Assembly (NCBI GenBank): GCA_905479685.1
Contig: CAJQNJ010000006.1
Coordinates: forward strand, 20,111-84,110
DNA: 64,000 bases
Source: an uncultured Acidimicrobiales bacterium
GTDB taxonomy: Bacteria; Actinomycetota; Acidimicrobiia; Acidimicrobiales; SHLQ01
Reading direction: 5' to 3'
A model generated the notes under the pieces. That model saw nothing but the letters and a program-made list of their open reading frames with translations, did no database searches and was not told the DNA's origin. This document shows, in pieces, positions 27,561 to 35,474 of this stretch (position 1 is the stretch's first letter; the number at the start of each line of letters is the position of its first letter). A program made the position numbers and the translations under genes.

Positions 27561-28183
27561 AGTCCGAGCCGTTCAGCGACAACCACATCAACTCGTCTCG
27601 CTACATCACCGATGGTTCCGCGGCCATCGACCACCGCCCAGCGTCCCGGATCGGCGGCAGCCAACCCGCGGTACGTCTCCTGCACGAGTTCGGCAAGCTC
27701 CGACCCTGCGTGTTCGATGCGATCGAGGTCAGAACCGAGTCTGTCGCGGGCATCATGCGCGTCAACTCCGAGAAGGATCACGAGATCAGGTGACAACCCA
27801 TTGACGGCAAAAGCGTTGAGATCGGAGACCACCTCGAGTCCGAGGCCACGCCCGACCCCCTGATATGCCAACGATGACGCCACATGGCGGTCGCTCACAA
27901 CGTGTTGACCACTCACCAAGGCCGGCGCAATCCGTTCATGTACATGTTGTGCTCGATCGGCAGCCATGAGTAGTGCCTCGGTTCGATCGGACATTTCGCC
28001 ATGTACAGGATCGAGCACCAGCGATCGGATCCTTGCACCGACGGCGGTTCCTCCCGGCTCTCTCGTCAGGACAGCCCCGATACGCTCCGCCAGAACTCGG
28101 GCCTGTGTCGACTTGCCAGACCCGTCGCCACCTTCGAACACGATGAACTTGCCCTTTGGCCCGGGTGAGGCATCAGCTGGCAC
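27557..28183 (-). CDS. tmk: dTMP (thymidylate) kinase
   Basis: FIVFEGGDGSGKSTQ P-loop and TREPGGT. I trimmed the start to the GTG at 28183; the longest ORF (to 28717) overlaps the divergent membrane gene. Confidence 0.9.
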   Translation of the reverse strand: MPADASPGPKGKFIVFEGGDGSGKSTQARVLAERIGAVLTREPGGTAVGARIRSLVLDPVHGEMSDRTEALLMAADRAQHVHERIAPALVSGQHVVSDRHVASSLAYQGVGRGLGLEVVSDLNAFAVNGLSPDLVILLGVDAHDARDRLGSDLDRIEHAGSELAELVQETYRGLAAADPGRWAVVDGRGTIGDVARRVDVVVAERLGL

Positions 28184-28264
28184 CAGCCCGAAGCTACCAA
28201 GGCGAAACGACGCTACCAAAGGCCACCGCCCAGAGCCGACACGTTCGCCAGGTACGATTCCACC

Positions 28265-29383
28265 ATGACCACCGGTGGGGACGCGCGCGAAGAACGCCAG
28301 CCCACCCGCTCTGACACCGACCAGAGCTCCACGAGCGGGATGCCGAAAATCGGCGAACTCGACTACATCGGGGGCGCAGTCAAACGAGCGCTGCTCCTTG
28401 CGACCTTGGTCTTGTTGGTCTCGTTGTTCGCGCCGCAGGTCTTCGACAAACTGCTGGAAGTACTGAGCGAAGCAGAGCGCCTCCGCACCATCAATCCAGG
28501 GTGGATCGTGCTCATGGTCATAGCCGAAGTCCTCAGTTTTGTCTGCTTGTGGTGGTTGATTCGGATCCTCCTGCCGAAGGTCTCCTGGTTCGTCGCTGCT
28601 ACGAGCCAGCTGACCTCCAACTCGGTCAGCCGGGTGGTTCCAGGTGGCGGTGGGGCGGCAGCAGGTGGCGCCACCCTGTATCGAATGCTCGCCGTGAGCG
28701 GCACCAACCCCACCCAAGCCGGCGGCGCACTCGCTGCCATGTCGCTCCTATCGACTGCGGCGCTTGCTGCGATCCCGGCAATTGGCGTGGCGATTGCACT
28801 CTTCGGCGCGCCGATTCCCGAAGGTCTCTCACCGATCGCGATTGCGTCAGCGTTGTTTTGTGGGCTCCTACTCATCGTCGGAGCGCTCGCCCTGCGTACC
28901 ACGGCCCCGCTGCTCTTTGCAGGACGGGTGGTCGACACCGTCCTACGGGCCGCTGGACGTGTCCTGCGAAAGGACTGGAGCGTTGACACCGACAACCTCC
29001 TGATCGAACGCGACCGGCTCGCACGGTTGCTCGGTAAGCGATGGCCCGCAGCCACCGCTGCAAGCGCCCTGAACTGGACCTTCGACTACCTCGTTCTTGT
29101 GTTCGCGCTCTATGCGGTCAACGCTGAACCACGGTTGAGTCTCGTGATGGTTGCCTATGCGTCGGGCGCAGTGCTGTCGATGATCTCGATCACACCAGGG
29201 GGCTTCGGTTTCGTCGAGGTTGGCCTCGTCAGCGTGCTCACGCTGTCTGGAATTCCTTCAGATGCCGCCGGCGTGGCCGTTCTCGCATATCGAGGTCTCT
29301 CATTGTGGCTTCCCATCGCCAGTGGGCTCTTTGCGTGGCTCCTGTTTCGAGTCAAACACCCGCGGCGCACGGCACCCAGTTGA
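28265..29383 (+). CDS. flippase-like / lysylphosphatidylglycerol-synthase transmembrane-domain (UPF0104) membrane protein
   Basis: Polytopic membrane protein, about 8 hydrophobic segments by eye. The PGGFGFVE motif is typical of the family. The start could be Met26 (28340). Confidence 0.6.
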   Translation: MTTGGDAREERQPTRSDTDQSSTSGMPKIGELDYIGGAVKRALLLATLVLLVSLFAPQVFDKLLEVLSEAERLRTINPGWIVLMVIAEVLSFVCLWWLIRILLPKVSWFVAATSQLTSNSVSRVVPGGGGAAAGGATLYRMLAVSGTNPTQAGGALAAMSLLSTAALAAIPAIGVAIALFGAPIPEGLSPIAIASALFCGLLLIVGALALRTTAPLLFAGRVVDTVLRAAGRVLRKDWSVDTDNLLIERDRLARLLGKRWPAATAASALNWTFDYLVLVFALYAVNAEPRLSLVMVAYASGAVLSMISITPGGFGFVEVGLVSVLTLSGIPSDAAGVAVLAYRGLSLWLPIASGLFAWLLFRVKHPRRTAPS

Positions 29384-29390
29384 TGGGCTG

Positions 29391-30302
29391 TCAGCCGAAG
29401 AACCCGTCGTAGGTCTCACGCAATTCGTCGACCACAGCCGGCTCGTTGAGGAGAATGACCGCCAGAGCGATCAGCGCAAACAAGACCACGGCCGCGATCT
29501 GGGTCTGCCGTCCCAACTTCTGTGGCACTTTGGTGATGTCGAATCCCTCAGCTGGACGAAGGCTCTCGAGCTCGTTTCGACTGTCGGAGATTTCCGAACC
29601 CGTGCGTCCGGTTTCGATTGGTTCGGGGATCGCTCGGGCAGCTTCGTTCGCCGATTCGTGGTCCCACACGACCGCGAGGTCATTGTCTGCCCACACGCCC
29701 GTGAAGTCGGGAAGGGGGAGATCCTCGTCAGATTCGTAGATGGGGCCGTTGTGAACCGAAGTATCGGAGCTGTCTTCTTGAACGACGTCCTCCTCGACAT
29801 CGACCCAGTCCGACACACCAACCAAGGACTCATCTTCGGCCGGTGTTTCGAACTCGACGTTGAGCGCGGGTGCGGCGAACACGTCCACCTGCGTCTCGTC
29901 CACGTGATGGCCGGGCTCGATCCCGAGATCAAACTGGTCGGTCATCTCAGCAGGAGTTGCGATGGGAGCATGTTCGATGACGACCGGTTCGAACGGTGGA
30001 GGAACCAGACCGAGGCTCGGGCCAGGTTCGGAAGGTTCTTGCTGCTCGAGCGGATCCCCTTCATCGACCACCGGTTCGGCCGCTGGCTCAGCGTGAAGAT
30101 CGGGAACACTCCGCAGGCCCATCTCTGGCGCATCTACCGATGGCGGCGAGCCTCCCAACGTGTTCAGTTGCTCGAGGATGGCATCAAGTTGTGAGTCGGT
30201 CGATGTGAACTCTCCCGACGGCTCAGCATTCTGTCCGGACATGTGGTGTGCTCCCAGTTCGTGCCACCCATTTGGCACTTCTTGGAATCCATCGGCACAC
30301 AC
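29391..30302 (-). CDS. hypothetical acidic, Pro-rich protein with a single C-terminal transmembrane helix
   Basis: D/E/P-rich low-complexity body, with IAAVVLFALIALAVILL near the C-terminus. The likely start is Met21 (30242). Confidence 0.45.
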   Translation of the reverse strand: MCADGFQEVPNGWHELGAHHMSGQNAEPSGEFTSTDSQLDAILEQLNTLGGSPPSVDAPEMGLRSVPDLHAEPAAEPVVDEGDPLEQQEPSEPGPSLGLVPPPFEPVVIEHAPIATPAEMTDQFDLGIEPGHHVDETQVDVFAAPALNVEFETPAEDESLVGVSDWVDVEEDVVQEDSSDTSVHNGPIYESDEDLPLPDFTGVWADNDLAVVWDHESANEAARAIPEPIETGRTGSEISDSRNELESLRPAEGFDITKVPQKLGRQTQIAAVVLFALIALAVILLNEPAVVDELRETYDGFFG

Positions 30303-30327
30303 ACATCAAAATGGAGCCGTTCCGATG

Positions 30328-32982
30328 TCAGGCCTCGTGTGCTGGCGCCTTCTTCTTGGCCGCAGCCTTCTTCTTGGCGGGAGCCTTCTTCTTCGCCTTC
30401 TTTTTGGCAGGCCCTGCCGCACGTCGGATCGCCAACAACTCGGCCGCACGCTCGTCAGTGAGCTCTTCGACCGTGTCACCCTTACGCAGCGACGCGTTGG
30501 TCTCGCCATCGGTGACGTACGGTCCGAACCGACCGTCCTTGACCACCATTGGTTTCTCGGTATCGGGATCGATTCCCATCTCCCGCAGCGGCGGTTTGAC
30601 CACCTGACCGCGGCGGGTCTTCGGCTGCGCAAGAATCGACAGGCATTCCTCGAGGGTGATGTCAAACAGCTGCTGCTCTGTCTCGAGGCTTCGACTGTCC
30701 TTCTCTTTCTTCAGATACGGGCCGTAGCGGCCGTTCTGTACGGTGATCTCGATGTTGTCCGCCGGGTCGACACCAACGAGACGAGGCAGTGACAACAAAC
30801 GCAGCGCATCGTCCAAGGACACCGTCTCGGGAGTCATTGCTGCAAACAGCGATGCACGTTTCGGTTTGTCCTCGCCGTCCAACATCTCACCGAGTTGGAC
30901 ATACGCGCCGAATCGTCCGTTGAGCACATAGACCGCCATGTTGGTCTCGGGGTCATCACCAAGCGACACCGGGCCCTTGGCCGCTTCCTCGATGTAGTTG
31001 ACCGCTTTGTCGACGGTGAGTTCGTCAGGCGGAATGTCGTCGGGAATCGAGGCTGTGTCGTCCTCACCGCGCTGCACGTACGGCCCGTACTTCCCCACAC
31101 GAGCGACGACCATTTCGCCATCGTCGGTGACACCGAGTGGGATCGAGTTGATCGCGCGGGCATCAATTTCACCGAGACGCTCGTCTACCTTCTTCTTCAA
31201 CCCCTCGGTCTGATCGGCACCGAAGTAGAACTTGTGCAACCACGGGATGGCCTCGGACGTACCACCAGCGATCGAGTCGAGCTCGTTCTCCATACGTTTG
31301 GTGTAGTCATAGTCGACGAGGTCCGGGAAGTGTTTCTCGAGAAGGCTCACCACCGAGAAGGCCGTCCAGGAAGGAATCAGGGCAGAACCCTTCTTCCACA
31401 CGTATTCACGATCTTGAATCGTGCCCATGATCGACGCGTAGGTCGACGGACGCCCGATCTCGAGATCGGCGAGCTTCTTGACGAGCGACGCCTCGGTATA
31501 CCGAGCGGGAGGTTGCGTCTCGTGGCCGTCGGCCGTGATGGCACCCGGCACCAACGTGTCTGACACCGCCAGGCTGGGTAGCTGACCACCTTCGGTTTCG
31601 TCACGCTCGTCGTCGGTGTCCTCGATGTATGCGCGGCGGAAGCCCTGATGAGTGATGATCGTTCCACTCGCCGAGAACACGGCGTCGCGGCCATCGCTGG
31701 CCGCAGCGCCGAGGCGCACTGACACGGTCTCTCCGACAGCATCGTTCATCTGGGAAGCGACCGTGCGCTTCCAGATCATCTCATAGACCCGAGCTTCGGA
31801 TTTTGCCACCTGCTTGGCGACCTCGGAAGGTGACTCGAACATTTCGCCGGCGGGACGAATTGCTTCGTGGGCTTCCTGGGCGTTCTTCGACTTGGTCGCA
31901 TACGTTCGCGGTTCGTCGGGAAGGAACTTCTCGCCGTACTCGGCAGTGATGAGGGCGCGCGCCGCGGCAATTGCGGTCTCGGACAACGTCGTCGAATCGG
32001 TACGCATGTAGGTGATGAGACCCTTTTCGTACAGGGACTGCGCAGAGCGCATCGCCATCGAAGAGCTCATGGCGAGTTTGCGCCCGGCCTCTTGCTGGAA
32101 TGTCGATGTCATGAATGGGGCCGACGGGCGTCGGCGATACGGCTTGGGCTCGACAGCGCGGACGGTGAAGTCAGCGCCCGACAACGCCTGGACCAGACCA
32201 TTTGCACCCACTTCATCGAGCACAACAGCGTCAGCCTTCGACAGCCTGCCCGTCTCGTCGAAGTCTTTTCCACTCGCTACTCGCCTGCCGTCGAGCTCGA
32301 GGAGTTTCGCACCGAAACTCGTTGGTTCGCCATCGGCGACCGCGCCGTTCTTGGCGAACTGTCCTTCGAGATCCCAATATGACGCCCGAACGAACGCCAT
32401 ACGTTCTCGCTCGCGTTCGACGACGATACGGGTCGCCACGCTCTGGACTCGCCCAGCCGACAGACGAGGCATGACCTTTTTCCACAACACTGGCGACACT
32501 TCGTACCCGTACAACCGGTCGAGCATCCGTCGAGCCTCTTGGGCGTCGACGAGGTGGCGGTCGAGTTCACGGGGATTCGCGAGGGCCTCGAGGATCGCTG
32601 TCTTGGTGATCTCGTGAAAGACCATACGTTTGACCGGGACCTGTGGATTGAGTACTTCGAGAAGGTGCCACGCAATGGCCTCACCCTCACGATCCTCATC
32701 CGTTGCGAGATAGAGCTCGTCGCTGTCCTTCAACAGCGACTTCAACTTCTTGATCTGATCCTTCTTGTCCGGAGAAATCACATAGAGCGGCTTGAAGTCA
32801 TTGTCGACATCGATGCCCATCCGGGACCAGCTCTCGCCCTTGTAGGCCGCCGGCACATCGGCAGCGTTTCTCGGCAGGTCACGAATGTGGCCGATCGAGG
32901 ACTCGACGAGAAAGTCGTCGCCGAGATACTCCGCGATTTTCTTTGCTTTCGCCGGGCTCTCCACGATCACGAGTGCGGTCAT
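30328..32982 (-). CDS. topA: DNA topoisomerase I
   Basis: TOPRIM N-terminus (LVIVESPAKAKKI), active-site region GLITYMRTDS, and a Lys/Ala-rich C-terminal tail. Confidence 0.95.
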   Translation of the reverse strand: MTALVIVESPAKAKKIAEYLGDDFLVESSIGHIRDLPRNAADVPAAYKGESWSRMGIDVDNDFKPLYVISPDKKDQIKKLKSLLKDSDELYLATDEDREGEAIAWHLLEVLNPQVPVKRMVFHEITKTAILEALANPRELDRHLVDAQEARRMLDRLYGYEVSPVLWKKVMPRLSAGRVQSVATRIVVERERERMAFVRASYWDLEGQFAKNGAVADGEPTSFGAKLLELDGRRVASGKDFDETGRLSKADAVVLDEVGANGLVQALSGADFTVRAVEPKPYRRRPSAPFMTSTFQQEAGRKLAMSSSMAMRSAQSLYEKGLITYMRTDSTTLSETAIAAARALITAEYGEKFLPDEPRTYATKSKNAQEAHEAIRPAGEMFESPSEVAKQVAKSEARVYEMIWKRTVASQMNDAVGETVSVRLGAAASDGRDAVFSASGTIITHQGFRRAYIEDTDDERDETEGGQLPSLAVSDTLVPGAITADGHETQPPARYTEASLVKKLADLEIGRPSTYASIMGTIQDREYVWKKGSALIPSWTAFSVVSLLEKHFPDLVDYDYTKRMENELDSIAGGTSEAIPWLHKFYFGADQTEGLKKKVDERLGEIDARAINSIPLGVTDDGEMVVARVGKYGPYVQRGEDDTASIPDDIPPDELTVDKAVNYIEEAAKGPVSLGDDPETNMAVYVLNGRFGAYVQLGEMLDGEDKPKRASLFAAMTPETVSLDDALRLLSLPRLVGVDPADNIEITVQNGRYGPYLKKEKDSRSLETEQQLFDITLEECLSILAQPKTRRGQVVKPPLREMGIDPDTEKPMVVKDGRFGPYVTDGETNASLRKGDTVEELTDERAAELLAIRRAAGPAKKKAKKKAPAKKKAAAKKKAPAHEA

Positions 32983-34412
32983 TGCTTCACCTCTGGGGGG
33001 ACGGGGGACGAACGTAACTGGCTTTTGTCAGGACGTGTCGCTCTCGACAACATCGCCAGACCAAGGATTGATGCGATCAACGAAGCGAGAAGAATACCCA
33101 TGCGGGCCTGCGTATCGAACACTTCAAGACCATCGCCCTTGTAGGCGAGGCCGGTAATGAACAGTGCAACAGTAAACCCGATGCCTGCCAACATGGCGAC
33201 GGCAACCATCTGTAGCCAGTTCACACCTCGAGGCAGCGTCGAGACGCCGAAATGGATCGCGAGCCACGAAAAGAGCGTGACTCCGACGGTCTTTCCCACG
33301 ATGAGTCCAAGGATGATTCCCAGTGTGACGGACGAAGTCGACGCGTCGGAGACTCCCTCCGAGCTGAGCTCGATACCTGCATTTGCAAGTGCGAAGAGCG
33401 GAAGGATGACAAAACTCGAAAACGGATGGATGAGCGTCTCGAGACGCTCGGCAACCGAGACCGACTCTCGCACGAACAAGCTTGCACGTCGCGCACCGGC
33501 TGCGTCGAGGTCCTCGGGGTCAACGACCGTGCCAACCACTTCGTCGGGCGCAACCTCACGTTGCAGCGGTATTGCCGGCGTGAGGAACCCCAACGCGACC
33601 CCAGCAATGGTCGCGTGGATTCCGGACTTGAGGACCGCATACCAGATGACGACGCCGATGACGACGTAGATCGGCGTGTACCAGATCTGCTGTCGCTGCA
33701 TGGTGAACACGAGGACCAACAGCCCCACCGCTGCCATGAGCCAGGGTTCGTTGATCTCGTCGGTGTAGAAGATGGCAATGACGGCGATCGCGCCGACGTC
33801 GTCGACGATCGCCAAGGCGAGGAGGAACAACTTCAGTTGAGTTGGCACTCGATTTCCGAGCAGCGACATGACGCCGAGAGCGAACGCAATGTCGGTCGCC
33901 ATGGGGATACCCCAACCTTTGGCTTCCGGGCCCGATGTGTTCAACGCGAAGAACAAGAGAGCTGGCAACACCATCCCGCCTACAGCGGCGATCGTGGGCA
34001 ATGCCGCGGCGCGCGGATCTCGCAGCTCTCCTGCGACCAGTTCGCGCTTGATCTCGAGACCAACGACGAAGAAAAAGATGGCCATCAGGCCGTCGTTGAT
34101 CAGATGCTCCACCGATTCGTCGAGAATGATCGTTTCACCGAACTCGATCAGGAGGTGGAAGTCGAGAAGCTCGTGGTAAACGTCGGACCATGGCGAGTTG
34201 GCCCACACCAGCGCCACGATCGTGGCGATGACCAGCACGACACCCGACGCCGCCTCGATTGCCATGAACTCGCGGACGGGACGAGCCACGCTTCGAGCGA
34301 GTCGTCGATCGCTTCCGATCCAGGTCAGTGAGGAGGGTGGGGGTTGATGTCCGGACATGGTCCTATGAGATACGCGGGAGGCTGCGGGCGTTGCGACGAC
34401 GACCGATTGCAT
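32979..34412 (-). CDS. nhaA: Na+/H+ antiporter NhaA
   Basis: GWGIPMATDIAFALGV and AIVDDVGAI motifs. The start may be Met19 (34358). Confidence 0.9.
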   Translation of the reverse strand: MQSVVVATPAASRVSHRTMSGHQPPPSSLTWIGSDRRLARSVARPVREFMAIEAASGVVLVIATIVALVWANSPWSDVYHELLDFHLLIEFGETIILDESVEHLINDGLMAIFFFVVGLEIKRELVAGELRDPRAAALPTIAAVGGMVLPALLFFALNTSGPEAKGWGIPMATDIAFALGVMSLLGNRVPTQLKLFLLALAIVDDVGAIAVIAIFYTDEINEPWLMAAVGLLVLVFTMQRQQIWYTPIYVVIGVVIWYAVLKSGIHATIAGVALGFLTPAIPLQREVAPDEVVGTVVDPEDLDAAGARRASLFVRESVSVAERLETLIHPFSSFVILPLFALANAGIELSSEGVSDASTSSVTLGIILGLIVGKTVGVTLFSWLAIHFGVSTLPRGVNWLQMVAVAMLAGIGFTVALFITGLAYKGDGLEVFDTQARMGILLASLIASILGLAMLSRATRPDKSQLRSSPVPPEVKQ

Positions 34413-34495
34413 AGTCTGGCGTGCGCCAGGTGTATTACAGCAGCATTTTGGTTGATTTCACAGCGTCGACACGCCCACCGAGCCTGTCGGTCGGA

Positions 34496-34936
34496 TCAAT
34501 CCGGTTTCAACGACGTGTCGATGATGAGCCGTACCAGGGTTCCCTTGTCGCCCGTTTCGATGTCCGTCTTGTCTACAAGACGGCGCATGAGCGGTATGCC
34601 CAAGCCATGTTCGAACAAGAGACGATCTGCAGACTCAGCATCGGGAACAACAGGAATGTCGTCGGGGTCGAACCCTGGTCCGCGGTCCCTGACCGTGACC
34701 TCGACTTGATTGCCCTGCGTGACACAACGGACCTCAACATGGCTGTCCGTTCCCGCAGCTTTGTGCGATTCGACGGCGTTGGTGACCGCCTCCGACACCG
34801 CTACACGAAGATCGTCGATCCGATCATCTCGTGAGTCGGGCTCGATCGCAGCGGCGGCCGCGAGAACAACACGAACCAACGCGATGTAGTCAGATTTCGC
34901 CGGAACACGAAGCACCACCTCGTCGCCGTCGGTCAC
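34496..34936 (-). CDS. anti-sigma factor / serine kinase (RsbW/SpoIIAB-like HATPase)
   Basis: Size of about 146 aa, with EAVTNAVEH and DRGPGFD blocks. ATGA-type overlap with the upstream STAS gene. Confidence 0.75.
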   Translation of the reverse strand: MTDGDEVVLRVPAKSDYIALVRVVLAAAAAIEPDSRDDRIDDLRVAVSEAVTNAVESHKAAGTDSHVEVRCVTQGNQVEVTVRDRGPGFDPDDIPVVPDAESADRLLFEHGLGIPLMRRLVDKTDIETGDKGTLVRLIIDTSLKPD

Positions 34937-35295
34937 GTTGCCCAGGGCCCCTGCGCGATCAACGACTTCGCATCGTCGACAGTCGATGAAACCACGAACA
35001 GTTGGTCGACCTCAGCAGATCGGAGGAGTTGTTCCACTTGGGTCGTCATTTCCGCTAACACACACTCTCCATCGGCCGCAATACACCGTCTGCGAAGCCC
35101 GATCAGCACCCCAATTCCAGCGGAGTCGATGAATTCGACAGCTCCGAGGTCGAGGACGACTCGATTCCAGCCATCTGCGGCGAGTTCGATCGATGCGCTG
35201 CGAAGCGCAGGTACACCCGACAGGTCGAGATCGCCGATCACACTGATGACCATCACATCATCACTCGAGGCCGACCTGCGCAACACCTGCATCAC
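34933..35295 (-). CDS. STAS-domain anti-sigma-factor antagonist
   Basis: 120 aa. VVLDLGAVEFIDSAGIGVLIG carries the conserved phosphorylatable Ser context (DSAG). Confidence 0.8.
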   Translation of the reverse strand: MMQVLRRSASSDDVMVISVIGDLDLSGVPALRSASIELAADGWNRVVLDLGAVEFIDSAGIGVLIGLRRRCIAADGECVLAEMTTQVEQLLRSAEVDQLFVVSSTVDDAKSLIAQGPWAT

Positions 35296-35474
35296 CGCCA
35301 GGGTAGTTGGGCGGACCCCTTCACAACCGAACTTTTCCTCGATCAGATCGGCTGGTCCACGGCACCACTGCCATGTCCGACGCCAAACGAGCTGGTGGGT
35401 ACGAGGAGAGGTTGTCGAGGGGGCCCAACCCTGGTCTGTCGCTGCTCTGTCACGTGTCGGTGCGATACTTGTAC

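Noticed and set aside
27557-28717. Long N-terminal extensions of the longest-ORF calls (tmk to 28717; DUF3500 to 20141; SDR to 48544; iolG to 49740; RmlD-like to 50510; 2-hydroxyacid dehydrogenase to 57157; ABC ATPase to 60798).
   Set aside because: The extensions overlap the upstream or divergent gene by 100-500 nt and translate to Arg/Pro-rich junk. In each case an internal ATG/GTG gives a family-typical length and a 1-4 nt overlap with the upstream stop codon.
30328-30420. Nucleotide periodicity (cttcttcttggc-type repeats) at the 3' end of topA.
   Set aside because: It simply encodes the Lys/Ala-rich C-terminal tail (AKKKAKKKAPAKKKAAAKKKAP), which is a known feature of actinobacterial TopA. 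It is not an independent element.
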